A stretch of 64,000 bases of DNA from Candidatus Woesearchaeota archaeon (GCA_016203225.1 JACQNC010000003.1:2537-66536), one strand, 5' to 3'; positions 46,884-56,645 are shown, numbered from the stretch's first letter. A program made the numbers and translations. The notes: generated from the letters alone by a model not told the origin.

Positions 46884-46958
46884 CCCATCACCCTTTTTCC
46901 TCTGTTTGAGATTGCGTCATTTTTAAATGCTTCGTCATTGACCGATAGACGTTCTGAT

Positions 46959-49055
46959 TCATATCCCTCTCCTCGCCCTGATCACGAAGAACCCGATCAG
47001 CACTCCTGCCAATGCGATAAAGAGCGTCCACGTGCTGAACTCAGGCACACCTATCGCGGCGATCGTGACAGTATCATTCGCCGTGAGCGTGTCGAAACCG
47101 GCTGCCGCGCAGGTCACGTTCCAGTCGGTCGTGCCGGGCGAACCGTAGAGCTTAGTCGTCTTGTAAGAGCCGATAAACGCGCTATAAGTCATGCTCTGCG
47201 TGGTGCTGTCAACACCGAAGCTCGCGTTGCAACTCGCGCCAAGGATGTCATAACCAGACGAACCGTTGAAATAATCCGCGAAGAACTCTACAGTGTCACC
47301 GGTGTACTGCGTCGTGCTGTCGGTCTCGTCGAATATGGTGAGGTTGGTGAGCGTTCCGCTAGTGCTGCCGAAACTGAACCCCGTGAAGTGGCTCACGTTG
47401 AACGTGAAGAGATTGTTGGTGAAGCTCTGTTCCGTGCAGAGCTCCGCGGAGCACGTCACGAAAGTGCCGTTATCGTTGATATCTACGGTAGGGAAGGGAT
47501 CCGTGACGCCCTGGCCTGAGAGGTTCAGCGCGATGGTCGCGCTCACGTTCAGGAACGTCAGGTTAGTCGAGTTCAGGGAGGTACGGTCCGCGGATACGTT
47601 GAGCTTCGCGAGCGTGACGTTCACGAACGCGGGAGCAGTTACGCGCGGCACGATCGTCAAGGTCGCGTTGCTCCGCAAGAACACGGTCATTGTAAAGTTA
47701 TTCAGATTGCTGTTGTTCGTCGCGAGCCAGGACGAGTTCGTAGACAAGGTCGTGTTCGTGAAGCTGTTGTTCTGCGATGATGCCAACAACAGCAACGCCC
47801 CGCTCCTGCCGCTCGAGAAATTGTTGCCGGTGAAGAGGGCATAGCTCACATTACTGAGCTGGATACCTGGACCATTGACCGCTGACACGCGATTGTTTGT
47901 GAACACTGCTCTCCACGATCTCGTCAAGCTCACAGCAGTCCCGTTCTGCGAGCTCACAACGTTGCCGCTGAACGTGTTGTTATACGCATCGCTCAGCGAT
48001 ATCCCTATACCGGTGGAGTTCGCGGTCAAGATATTATTTGATAGGGTGTTATTGTTGCTGGAAACCAACGTAACCGGTCCGGTTGACGTGACTGTGTTAC
48101 CGGTGAGCACGTTAAGATTGCTGTTAACTGTCAGGATGATCAGTTGCACAACATTGTCGATGATCGAGTTGACGCTACTTGACTGGAGGTTGATAAAGCC
48201 TGACGATCCAGTCGCGGTGCTGTTACGCACCGTTGTGTTTGATGTCGTGATAAATATCATCTGTGCATCGTTCGCCCTATTGAATTCGATGACGCTCATG
48301 TTCGCGTCAGTGGCATAGACACCGACGCCCGAGTTAGCGCCTCCTGAACTCACGTTGTTGCCCGTAATGTTCAAACTTAGCGACGTCGCCGTAATGAGCC
48401 CAGAACCTAGCCCGGAAGACCCAGAGCCAGCACCGCCATCACCGCCACCATCACCGCCATTGCCAGACAACACATTATTGATGACTTTGGTCCCGCTCGA
48501 GTTCGTGAGCCTGATGCCTGCGCCTTCGCCGCCGTCCCCTCCAGGGCTTCCTTCGTCGCCAAGAGTGCCCATCGCGCCGTGTCCGTACAGCGTGTTAATG
48601 CTGATAGTGTTATTATTACTGGAAATGATTTGGACGCCATAACCGGAAGCGCCCGAAGCTGAAGCCGCGAAGCCCTCCGCTGTCGCCGTGTTGTTCCGTA
48701 TCGTGCCATTGTTCGCGCCGGTCTGGAATCTCACACCTATCTGCCAGTCCGTGAACCTGCAACCGGTGACCGTGACATTATCAAACCCGGTATTGGTGAC
48801 ACCGTACTCTGAGGAAACATTATTGCCATCGACCACGTGCCCTTGGCAATCGAGCCGGACATTATCCGCACCGATCGTGAAGCATCCAACCGCGATGCTG
48901 GTCAGGTCTGTCGTGAGTTCACTGTTGACCGAAATCGTACCGCACGAACTGATAGAGACAGCGATGGCAAAACCAGCCATACTCGCGCCGATCGCGAGCG
49001 CGACTGCGAGGAACGCCAGAGCTCTAGCTTTCGTCATCGTAACCGCCTTTTTCAT
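46959..49055 (-). CDS. Right-handed beta-helix (NosD/pectate-lyase-like repeats) surface protein with PEF-CTERM sorting signal
   Basis: 698 aa. Repetitive N-x-S/T-rich beta-helix repeats (NNTISINTL, NNVLSGNGG, GNNVSSGG). The C-terminal ~160 aa are homologous to the 15582..18467 product. C-terminus GVPEFSTWTLFIALAGVLIGFFVIRARRGI. Confidence 0.85.
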   Translation of the reverse strand: MKKAVTMTKARALAFLAVALAIGASMAGFAIAVSISSCGTISVNSELTTDLTSIAVGCFTIGADNVRLDCQGHVVDGNNVSSEYGVTNTGFDNVTVTGCRFTDWQIGVRFQTGANNGTIRNNTATAEGFAASASGASGYGVQIISSNNNTISINTLYGHGAMGTLGDEGSPGGDGGEGAGIRLTNSSGTKVINNVLSGNGGDGGGDGGAGSGSSGLGSGLITATSLSLNITGNNVSSGGANSGVGVYATDANMSVIEFNRANDAQMIFITTSNTTVRNSTATGSSGFINLQSSSVNSIIDNVVQLIILTVNSNLNVLTGNTVTSTGPVTLVSSNNNTLSNNILTANSTGIGISLSDAYNNTFSGNVVSSQNGTAVSLTRSWRAVFTNNRVSAVNGPGIQLSNVSYALFTGNNFSSGRSGALLLLASSQNNSFTNTTLSTNSSWLATNNSNLNNFTMTVFLRSNATLTIVPRVTAPAFVNVTLAKLNVSADRTSLNSTNLTFLNVSATIALNLSGQGVTDPFPTVDINDNGTFVTCSAELCTEQSFTNNLFTFNVSHFTGFSFGSTSGTLTNLTIFDETDSTTQYTGDTVEFFADYFNGSSGYDILGASCNASFGVDSTTQSMTYSAFIGSYKTTKLYGSPGTTDWNVTCAAAGFDTLTANDTVTIAAIGVPEFSTWTLFIALAGVLIGFFVIRARRGI

Positions 49056-49102
49056 CTGTTTGATATCGCGTCATTTTTGACTCTTCATCGGGATATCCGC
49101 TG

Positions 49103-49216
49103 CAGTCCCAGGCGTGATGAGTCCCAGGCACGATTGACGTGGCTTCATCGGCGCTGATTCGATAGCTATCAAGCCAGACTCAAACCTGCCGGGGTTTGCA
49201 AATCCGGGGAACGCGT
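49103..49216 (-). repeat. Intergenic palindromic repeat family, copy D (reverse orientation)
   Basis: GCGTGATGAG, CCCAGGCACGATTGACG (49123-49139), GATTCGATAG, CAAACCTGCCGGGG (49181-49194) and GGGGAACGCGT. Collinear with the reverse complement of copy A. Confidence 0.7.
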
Positions 49217-49226
49217 CAATGTCCAT

Positions 49227-49517
49227 TCAGTGCCTCAGTGCCAGGCCCCGCAGCCGTTGCGCGACCTTCTGCGCGGTCTGGATGCGGCCTTGTGCCCTGT
49301 CGAAGTCCCGTGCCAGCTTGTCGTCAGAGAAGACGTGCTGCACCCAGTTCTTGAAATGGTTGCCGTCCTTATTGACGTGGTGGTCGAACGTAGCGTCATC
49401 CATGCGCTTCAGCCCGTCCAGCAGGTCCGCGTAGCCGCGGAACACCTGGCCGTTGGCCGCCTTGAACGCCTTGCTGTCAGGGCACGGACGCAACAGCGGC
49501 GTTGTTTTTCCTTTCAT
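49227..49517 (-). CDS. Paralog 3 of the small conserved-domain family
   Basis: FKAANGQVFRGYADLLDGLKRMDDATFDHHVNKDGNHFKNWV. Lies immediately downstream of GH57. Confidence 0.65.
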   Translation of the reverse strand: MKGKTTPLLRPCPDSKAFKAANGQVFRGYADLLDGLKRMDDATFDHHVNKDGNHFKNWVQHVFSDDKLARDFDRAQGRIQTAQKVAQRLRGLALRH

Positions 49518-49526
49518 TCCATCACC

Positions 49527-50723
49527 TCAGATAGTGATCCATCTCTTCTCGTCGCTCGGCCGAAGCTGGCCCTCGATGTCGTTCAATATGTTCATGAACG
49601 CGATGAAGCAGTCGTACGGGCTGTCGTACGGGTTGAAGTACTTGTGGACGTCGCCGTCGGCGAACCATTTCGTGCACATGTAGTAGAAGTGGTCGCTGGT
49701 CGAGAGCTTGCGCCACGTCTCCAAAAGTTGTTTGTTGCCTGATTCCTTGATGGAGGGCAGCAACGCGTACAATTGGTGCGCTGCCGCATGCTGCATCTTG
49801 TTGCCCAACCACGCGCTCAGGTCGCGCTCGATGTCTGCCCACGAGATCGGGTTGTGGATGTCGAGCACGCCTTTCGGTTGCAGCTTCGCAGCTTCGCTCG
49901 GCAACTGGAACCCGATTTTGCGCTTGAACAGTTCCTCAGGCAGGTGCTTGAGGAACTCGAAGATGCCTGTGTCCTCCCACTGGTGCTCGCCGAACGTCTC
50001 GTAGTCCATGAACAGGTTGACGCTGTCTCCCAGCACTGGCGCGACCCAGTCCGCGAACTTCGCCGCCGTGAGCGGATAGCTTTCCCAGCCCTTGTTCGAG
50101 AACCTGAACGCGATGTCGTCGGACAGCTTGTAGTTCTTGAGCAGCAGCTTGAGCTTCGAGCATCCTTTCGGCTGGTAGATGTAGTTTGGGCTCTGCCAGC
50201 CGAGGATGTGGTCTGCGCCTTCCGCGAGGATCGCTTTGTAGCCGAGCTCCTCGACTAGCTTTGCGAGTTCGTTGTTGTAGACCAGTTCGGTGTTGCGGAA
50301 CACGGTCGGCGTGACTCCTAATAGCCTCTTCATCAAGCGCTTGTGCTGCGCGATCTGTTCCTTGAACTCGGCCTTGTCGTGCAGGAAAGACAGGCTGTGG
50401 TGCGACGTCTCCGAGAGGAATTCGACGTGGCCGGTGTCTGCCAACTGTTTGAACAACAGTATGACGTCCGGCGCGTACAACTGGAACTGTTCCAGCGCGG
50501 TGCCGGTGATGCTGTACGCAACCTTGAACTTGCCCTTGTGCTTCTTGACGAGGTCAAGGATGAGCCTCGTCGCGGGAAGATAGCACTTCCTCGCGACCTT
50601 CTCCATCACGGCATGGTTCTTGTCGTCGTCGAAATAATCATGGCTGTTGCCGATGTCGAACACGCGGTACTGCTTCAGCCTGAACGGCTGGTGGACCTGG
50701 AAATACATGCATACGTTGGTCAT
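49527..50723 (-). CDS. Glycoside hydrolase family 57 (alpha-amylase / branching-enzyme-like)
   Basis: N-terminus MYFQVHQPFRLK typical of GH57. ATG 50723 has GGAGGAG 8 nt upstream. Confidence 0.85.
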   Translation of the reverse strand: MTNVCMYFQVHQPFRLKQYRVFDIGNSHDYFDDDKNHAVMEKVARKCYLPATRLILDLVKKHKGKFKVAYSITGTALEQFQLYAPDVILLFKQLADTGHVEFLSETSHHSLSFLHDKAEFKEQIAQHKRLMKRLLGVTPTVFRNTELVYNNELAKLVEELGYKAILAEGADHILGWQSPNYIYQPKGCSKLKLLLKNYKLSDDIAFRFSNKGWESYPLTAAKFADWVAPVLGDSVNLFMDYETFGEHQWEDTGIFEFLKHLPEELFKRKIGFQLPSEAAKLQPKGVLDIHNPISWADIERDLSAWLGNKMQHAAAHQLYALLPSIKESGNKQLLETWRKLSTSDHFYYMCTKWFADGDVHKYFNPYDSPYDCFIAFMNILNDIEGQLRPSDEKRWITI

Positions 50724-50725
50724 TG

Positions 50726-51934
50726 TCATCTCCTCCGTTTCTTCATGAGCGTCCCGTACAGGTTGAGGACCTCGTGCGCAGGCTTGTCCCACGTGATGTT
50801 CGCGACCTCGTTGCGGCCCTGCAGTCCGAGCTCGTCCTGCAGTTCCTTGTAGTACAGCACCCCGAGGATCTTGTTGGCCATCGCGTGCACGTCCCAGAAG
50901 TCTACCTTCAGGCAGTGCTTGACGACTTCGCTCACCCCGGACTGTTTGCTGATGATGACAGGCGTCCCGTTCCGCATCGCTTCCAAAGGCGTGATTCCGA
51001 ACGGCTCGCTGACGGACGGCATGACATATACATCCGCCATCTTGTACGCGCGGTCGATGTCCTTGCCCGTGAGGAAGCCCGTGAACAGCATCTTGCCCGC
51101 GAGCCCGAGCTCGGCTGCCTTCTCGATGATCTTCGGCTCCATGTCTCCAGAGCCGGCCATGATGAATTTCGCGCGCGGCTCCTTCTCAAGCACCTTCTTC
51201 GCGGCGTACAGGAACCAATCAGGGCCCTTTTGCAGCGTGATGCGTCCGAGGAAGAGCACGACCTTGTCTGTCTTGCCCAGTTTCGGCTGCTCGACAGGCT
51301 CTGTGAATTCGACGGCGTTGTGGACTGCCATGATCTTTTCAGGATCGATGCCATAGTTCGCGACGACCTTCTCTTTCGTGAAGTTGCTCACCGGCACGAC
51401 AGCATCTGCGTTTTCGAAGCCGAGCTTCTCGATGCCGTACACGTGCTGGTTGATGCTGTTGCCGCCGGTCCGGTCGAACTCTGTCGCGTGCACGTGGACG
51501 ACCAACGGCTTTCCTGACACGGCTTTCGCGTTGATGCCTGCCTGGTACGTCATCCAGTCGTGGCTGTGGATGACGTCGTGCGGGATCTTGGCTGCGAGTT
51601 CTTTCGCGGCCTCTGCGTAGCGTTGCACCTCTGCGAAGAGCGTGTTGCCGTACAGCGCGGCCGCCTGCGGGTTGCGCTTCTTCCAGAGCTCGTAGGACTC
51701 GGATGACGCGTACGCCGTGAGCGGTTCTGTCTTGAATTTCAAAAGTTTGTTCTGTCTCCTGTCTGCGGAGATGAGCTTGACGCCAGGTACGGTTATTCCG
51801 TCAGGCACGCGGGGCAGCACGAACGTCACGTCAGCGCCTTGCGCGACCATGGCTTTTACGAGGCCAGCGCATGCGACGCCCAAACCTCCGGAGTAGACCG
51901 GCGCGAACTCCCAGCCGAACATGAGGACCTTCAT
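50726..51934 (-). CDS. Glycosyltransferase (GT4/GT5-like, archaeal/bacterial glycogen-synthase type)
   Basis: N-terminus KVLMFGWEFAPVYSGGLGV and E-x7-E region PSVSEPFGITPLEAMRNGTPVI. Confidence 0.8.
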   Translation of the reverse strand: MKVLMFGWEFAPVYSGGLGVACAGLVKAMVAQGADVTFVLPRVPDGITVPGVKLISADRRQNKLLKFKTEPLTAYASSESYELWKKRNPQAAALYGNTLFAEVQRYAEAAKELAAKIPHDVIHSHDWMTYQAGINAKAVSGKPLVVHVHATEFDRTGGNSINQHVYGIEKLGFENADAVVPVSNFTKEKVVANYGIDPEKIMAVHNAVEFTEPVEQPKLGKTDKVVLFLGRITLQKGPDWFLYAAKKVLEKEPRAKFIMAGSGDMEPKIIEKAAELGLAGKMLFTGFLTGKDIDRAYKMADVYVMPSVSEPFGITPLEAMRNGTPVIISKQSGVSEVVKHCLKVDFWDVHAMANKILGVLYYKELQDELGLQGRNEVANITWDKPAHEVLNLYGTLMKKRRR

Positions 51935-52167
51935 AGACCCTCCTTGAGCGCTGCTCTGCCGCGGTCGGTGATCTCGTAGATCTTGACGAACGGACTGACG
52001 AAGACTTCCTTGAGGTAACCTTTACCTGTCAGGTACACGATGTGGTTGTCGACCGTGCGCCAGTTGACGCCCGTGTCTGTCGCGACCTGGTTGACTGTCT
52101 TCTGGCCGTCTGTGAACGCTTTGAGGATGAGAGGTCGGAGCGCTGCGTACGTCCTCTTTTTGACCAT
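51931..52167 (-). CDS. Small winged-helix protein, first gene of the GT-GH57 operon
   Basis: 78 aa with QKTVNQVATDTGVNWRTVDNHIVYLTGKGYL. ATGA overlap with the glycosyltransferase gene. Confidence 0.6.
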   Translation of the reverse strand: MVKKRTYAALRPLILKAFTDGQKTVNQVATDTGVNWRTVDNHIVYLTGKGYLKEVFVSPFVKIYEITDRGRAALKEGL

Positions 52168-52327
52168 TAATAGAGGTTTTCGTTCGTCTGCTTATAAACA
52201 TTACGTTATTTTAGTTAGAACATACTATCTCTTTAGCTATCATATAAAACTATTTTAATCAATTATTATGGTTAAAATAGTATTAACATACTTACTGAAG
52301 AGTACATATCAAAGAAGATAATCAGAA

Positions 52328-52966
52328 TTATTGCACGTTTATCCAGTCTCTGCGCTCGTTGTTCTCGTCGCGCTCGAGCACGAGGTCGTGCGGGTCGACG
52401 ATGCTGACGATCTGGAAGCGTCCTGGCACGGCGTAGTTCACGCTGTACGTGACTGTCGTGCTCTCGCCAGGCAAGAGCGGCGATTTTGGCGGCTCGATCA
52501 GGAACGCGTAGCCCGGCTCGAAATAGACATCGATATCGACCGGATCCGCCTCGACTTCGCCTGTGTTCTCTATCCTGAACGTGACCTTGAACTCATCGTT
52601 GGTGCGCGGCTGCCTGCTGATCAGCATCTCCGTGACCGCGAGCTCTGCGACGACGCACTTGCCCTGGTTGCATGAACACGGCACTCGCTTGACGGTTACG
52701 CTGCCGCGCGGATCCTTCACCGAGAAGTCGCACGCGAACTCCTGCAGGATCGCTGAACTTTCGCACTTGTCGGCGACGCTCTGCCCAGAACGCCAATCGG
52801 TCGTCAGACCGAACGTGAAAGGGTCGTCGCCCTTGTCTGTCTCCACGCACGAATACGTCTCGGGCCGCTCATCAGGCAACGAAGCGATGACCGCGATGAT
52901 GATCACGACAAGCAAGAACGCCGCGATGAGCGCCTCGACCTGGACGTGCGTGAATCTCCGTTTCAA
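52328..52966 (-). CDS. Membrane-anchored protein with CARDB-like C-terminal domain
   Basis: N-terminal TM helix and a Cys-rich middle. The C-terminal FKVTFRIENTGEVEADPVDIDVYF...PGESTTVTYSV resembles CARDB. Confidence 0.55.
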   Translation of the reverse strand: MKRRFTHVQVEALIAAFLLVVIIIAVIASLPDERPETYSCVETDKGDDPFTFGLTTDWRSGQSVADKCESSAILQEFACDFSVKDPRGSVTVKRVPCSCNQGKCVVAELAVTEMLISRQPRTNDEFKVTFRIENTGEVEADPVDIDVYFEPGYAFLIEPPKSPLLPGESTTVTYSVNYAVPGRFQIVSIVDPHDLVLERDENNERRDWINVQ

Positions 52967-53778
52967 CGGGCGACCTCATACAAAAGATCCTTGGTGGTCA
53001 CGATGCCGACCGGCTCATTGTCGCTGACGAGCACGACCGCAGAGATGCCGTTATCGTGGATCAACCTTATTATCTCGGACGCTGAAGTCTTCGGCGACGC
53101 GGTGACCACGATGCGCTCCATGATGTTGCCGACCGGCAACAGCTCGAAGCTCGGCCGCTCGCCAGGGTCCTGCCCCGACTTGGACGTGCGCCCGTGCTTG
53201 CCGTGCCTGCCGGACAGCGCGCCCCGCGCGCTGATGAGATATTTCGTCAGCAGGTCGACCACCGACACCACGCCGACGAGTTTGCCTGCCTTGTCTACGA
53301 CAGGCGCATGGTCTATCCTCTTATCGCTGAACAGCGAGACTGCCTTGCCGATCGAGTCGTCCTCGGTCAATACGTTGAGCTTCATCGTGCCGACTTCATC
53401 CGCTTTCATCCCCTTCAGCTTGCCGCTGAGCTCATCGAGCACGTCACGAGCGCCGACTATCCCGAGAAGGACCTTCTTGTCCAGCACCGGCAAGACATGG
53501 AAGTCGCTGTTGTGCATCAGCATCGCGGCGCGTTCGAGAGTCATGTCGAGCGCGAGCGCTGCCGGCTTGCCCACGAACTTCCTTACCTTCGTCTCCGCGG
53601 GATCGACGCGCGACCTGATGAGCGCGCGCTTCCAGACCATCCCCGCATAGTAACCCTTGTTGTCCAGCACTACGGCTTCCGTGTGCTTGCCTCTGCCTAG
53701 CTTGCCGAAAACGAAAGAGAGCGTGTCGTCCGGACTGACAGCCAGATAGTTGAGCCTGAGAATGTCCTTGACCTGCAT
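52963..53778 (-). CDS. CBS-domain protein (two CBS pairs)
   Basis: Repeated CBS patterns (HVLPVLDKKVLLGIVGARDVL, HAPVVDKAGKLVGVVSVVDLL, AVVLVSDNEPVGIVTTKDLL). Confidence 0.8.
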   Translation of the reverse strand: MQVKDILRLNYLAVSPDDTLSFVFGKLGRGKHTEAVVLDNKGYYAGMVWKRALIRSRVDPAETKVRKFVGKPAALALDMTLERAAMLMHNSDFHVLPVLDKKVLLGIVGARDVLDELSGKLKGMKADEVGTMKLNVLTEDDSIGKAVSLFSDKRIDHAPVVDKAGKLVGVVSVVDLLTKYLISARGALSGRHGKHGRTSKSGQDPGERPSFELLPVGNIMERIVVTASPKTSASEIIRLIHDNGISAVVLVSDNEPVGIVTTKDLLYEVAR

Positions 53779-53812
53779 CGTATCACCTTTTTGCTGATGA
53801 TTGAAAGACGCG

Positions 53813-53868
53813 GTTATGTATATAAAAGTTGCTCTGCAATCGCGGATGAGCAGTTATGTTTATAAAAG
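53813..53868. promoter_or_regulatory. Duplicated TATA-containing 16-mers GTTATGTATATAAAAG / GTTATGTTTATAAAAG, 40 bp apart
   Basis: Located between divergent CBS (ATG 53778) and ATPase (ATG 53890) genes. Each TATA sits at a promoter-compatible distance from one of the starts. Confidence 0.45.
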
Positions 53869-53889
53869 CGGCAACCGACCTTTCCTGCA

Positions 53890-56478
53890 ATGTCGTTCCA
53901 CGACAAAACCGCGAAAGAGGTGTTCACCGAGCTCCAAACGACCGAGTCAGGGCTCTCCTCGTCAGAGGCAGAGCGGAGGCTCGGGATCTACGGGCCTAAC
54001 ACGCTCGCTGCGCAGACGGCGATCAGCCCGTCGCGCATCTTCCTCTCGCAGTTCGCGAACCCGCTCGTGTGGGTGCTGCTGGCCGCGATGGCCATCTCGT
54101 TCCTTGTCAAGGAATACACGGATTTCTGGGCCATCGCAGCCATCGTCGTCCTGAACGCGGTCCTTGGTTTCGTTCAGGAATACCGCGCAGAGACCGCCAT
54201 CGCGTCATTGCAGAAACTGACCGCATTGAAGGCGAAAGTCCTGCGTGACGGCAAGGAGCGACTGATGGACTCCGCCGTGCTGGTGCCCGGGGACATCGTC
54301 CTTCTCGAGACGGGCGATAAGGTGCCGGCCGACGCGAGGCTTGTCGAGATCGTCAACCTACAGACCCAGGAAGCCGCGCTCACCGGCGAGAGCACGCCCG
54401 TGCACAAGCAGCTCAAACAGGTCGCGTCCATGGCACAGGTGGCTGACAGGAGCGACATGGTTTTCTCAGGGACTATCGTCACCGCCGGACGCGCGAAGGC
54501 GGTCATCACAGGCACCGCGGACAAGACAGAGCTCGGCATGATCGCGACGCTCATCCAGGAAGCCGAACGCGAGAAGACGCCCCTGCAGAAGAAGCTCGGC
54601 CAGCTCAGCGTGTGGCTCACGATACTCGTCGTCGCGATCGCGACGGTCGTGTTCGTCGCAGGCGCCGTCGAGGGCAGACCCCTGTTCGAGTTCCTGCTGG
54701 CGGCGATCGCGCTCGCTGTCGCGGCCATCCCCGAGGGATTGCCGGCCATCGTGACTATAAGCCTCGCGTTCGGCGTGCAGCGCATGGCCTCGCGCAACGC
54801 GCTCATCAGGAAACTGCCCAGCGCAGAGACTCTCGGCTCGTGCACAGTCATCTGCGCGGACAAGACCGGCACGCTGACCGCCAACGAGATGACCGTCCGC
54901 AAGGTCTACGTCGACGGCGAGGTCGTCTCGGTCACGGGCTCCGGATACTCCCCTGACGGAGAGTTCTCAAGCCATCCGAGGGATCTCGGGTTGTTGCTCT
55001 CCATCGGGGCGCTTTGCAACAACAGCAGGCTCAGCCAGGAAGGCGCATCGTGGCGCGTGTTCGGAGACCCGACAGAGGCCGCGTTGCTGGTGTCCGCGGA
55101 GAAAGCCGGACTGTCCGGGAACATGCCGTCCCGCGTCGGCGAGATCGAATTCACCAGCGAGCGCAAGCTCATGACTACTTTCCACCGCCTCGATTCAAAG
55201 GTGGTCGCGTACGTCAAGGGCGCGCCGGACGTGGTCCTGGACCGGTGCTCGCGAACCATCAGGGACGGCAAGCTCCACAAGCTCACCGACGCGGACAGGA
55301 AGCGCATCCTGGACGCCAACGCGCGCTTCGGCAGGGACGCGCTGCGCGTGCTGGGATTCGCGTACCGCGAAACCGCCGAACGCACTGAAAAGGCGGAGAA
55401 GGACCTCATATTCGTGGGATTGCAGGCGATGATCGACCCGCCGCGGCCGGAGGCGCGTGACGCTGTCGCCGAATGCAGGACGGCCGGCATCAAGGTCATA
55501 ATGATCACGGGCGACCATCCCCAGACCGCGCTCGCCGTGGCGAACGAGCTCGGCATCACAGGCGATATCCTCACCGGCGCCCAGCTGGAGACGATGGACC
55601 TCGATCCGTATGTCGAGAAGGTGAGCATCTACGCGCGCGTAAATCCCGAGCACAAGATCAGGATCATCGAGGCGTTGCAGAAGAGGGGACACGTGGTCGC
55701 GATGACCGGCGACGGCGTGAACGACGCGCCGGCGCTGAAGAAGGCCGACATCGGCATCGCGATGGGGCTGGCAGGCACGGATGTCGCGAAGGACGCGAGC
55801 GTCATGGTCCTGGCCGACGACAACTTCGCAGCTATCGTCTCAGCTGTGCGCGAAGGGAGACGCATCTACGACAACATCGGGCAATTCATCGAGTATCTCC
55901 TGAGCTCGAATCTCGGAGAGGTGCTCACCGTGTTCGGTGCTTTAATCGCGGGATGGACCTTGCCCGTGTCCGCGATACAGCTGCTGTGGATCAACCTCGT
56001 GACCGACGGGCTGCCTGCGCTCGCGTTGGGCGTCGAGCCCGCTGCGCCTGACGTGATGAAGCGCGCCCCTCGGAACGCCTCGCAGGGCATCCTGCACGGA
56101 CGCGTCCTGGAACTGTTCCTTGTCGGACTGACCATGATGACCGGGAGCCTGTTCCTGTTCAACATGTACGAGGGCGCGAAGGCGATGACCGTCGTGTTCA
56201 CCGGCCTCGTGATCATGCAGATGTTCAACGTGCTCAACCAGCGCTCCGAGCGATTGAGCGTGTTCCAGATGCGGCCGTTCTCGAACCCCTGGCTCTGGCT
56301 CGCGATCATATCATCTGTGCTGCTGCAGGTCATCGTGGTCCACACGCCTCTGAACGTCTTCTTCGACAGCGTGCCGTTGAGCGGCATCGATTGGCTCTGG
56401 GTGGTCGGGGTGTCGCTGAGCGTGCTAGTGATGGACGAACTGATCAAGCTGAAGCGCAGATTATCCACTCACCGATAG
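53890..56478 (+). CDS. P-type ATPase, Ca2+-transporting (P2 type)
   Basis: DKTGTLT, IPEGLPAIVT, TGDGVNDAPALKKADIGIAMG and 10-TM architecture. 862 aa. Confidence 0.9.
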   Translation: MSFHDKTAKEVFTELQTTESGLSSSEAERRLGIYGPNTLAAQTAISPSRIFLSQFANPLVWVLLAAMAISFLVKEYTDFWAIAAIVVLNAVLGFVQEYRAETAIASLQKLTALKAKVLRDGKERLMDSAVLVPGDIVLLETGDKVPADARLVEIVNLQTQEAALTGESTPVHKQLKQVASMAQVADRSDMVFSGTIVTAGRAKAVITGTADKTELGMIATLIQEAEREKTPLQKKLGQLSVWLTILVVAIATVVFVAGAVEGRPLFEFLLAAIALAVAAIPEGLPAIVTISLAFGVQRMASRNALIRKLPSAETLGSCTVICADKTGTLTANEMTVRKVYVDGEVVSVTGSGYSPDGEFSSHPRDLGLLLSIGALCNNSRLSQEGASWRVFGDPTEAALLVSAEKAGLSGNMPSRVGEIEFTSERKLMTTFHRLDSKVVAYVKGAPDVVLDRCSRTIRDGKLHKLTDADRKRILDANARFGRDALRVLGFAYRETAERTEKAEKDLIFVGLQAMIDPPRPEARDAVAECRTAGIKVIMITGDHPQTALAVANELGITGDILTGAQLETMDLDPYVEKVSIYARVNPEHKIRIIEALQKRGHVVAMTGDGVNDAPALKKADIGIAMGLAGTDVAKDASVMVLADDNFAAIVSAVREGRRIYDNIGQFIEYLLSSNLGEVLTVFGALIAGWTLPVSAIQLLWINLVTDGLPALALGVEPAAPDVMKRAPRNASQGILHGRVLELFLVGLTMMTGSLFLFNMYEGAKAMTVVFTGLVIMQMFNVLNQRSERLSVFQMRPFSNPWLWLAIISSVLLQVIVVHTPLNVFFDSVPLSGIDWLWVVGVSLSVLVMDELIKLKRRLSTHR

Positions 56479-56542
56479 TGTCGAATGTTTTTATATGCTG
56501 TTCTGCACGTTCCGTCCATGAACCCGCGATACTCTTCTGCGT

Positions 56543-56645
56543 CCCCCGGTGCGATGTGCACAAGCAGGTTTGTGTCGCTTCTGGCTTTGGATTCAATAGC
56601 ACTGGAGCGACGTCAATCGTGCCTGGGAAGCATTGCCGGGGACGA
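56543..56645 (+). repeat. Intergenic palindromic repeat family, copy E (short form)
   Basis: AAGCAGGTTTGTGTCGC (56562-56578), GGATTCAATAG and GCGACGTCAATCGTGCCTGGG (to 56627). Lies between the ATPase stop and the GT3 start. Confidence 0.7.

Noticed and set aside
49110-49160. C/D-box sRNA reading of GUGAUGAG ... CUGA in repeat copies A, C and D
   Set aside because: The spacing between the putative C and D boxes (about 33 nt) is too short for two guides plus C'/D' boxes. Copies B, E and F lack the boxes.
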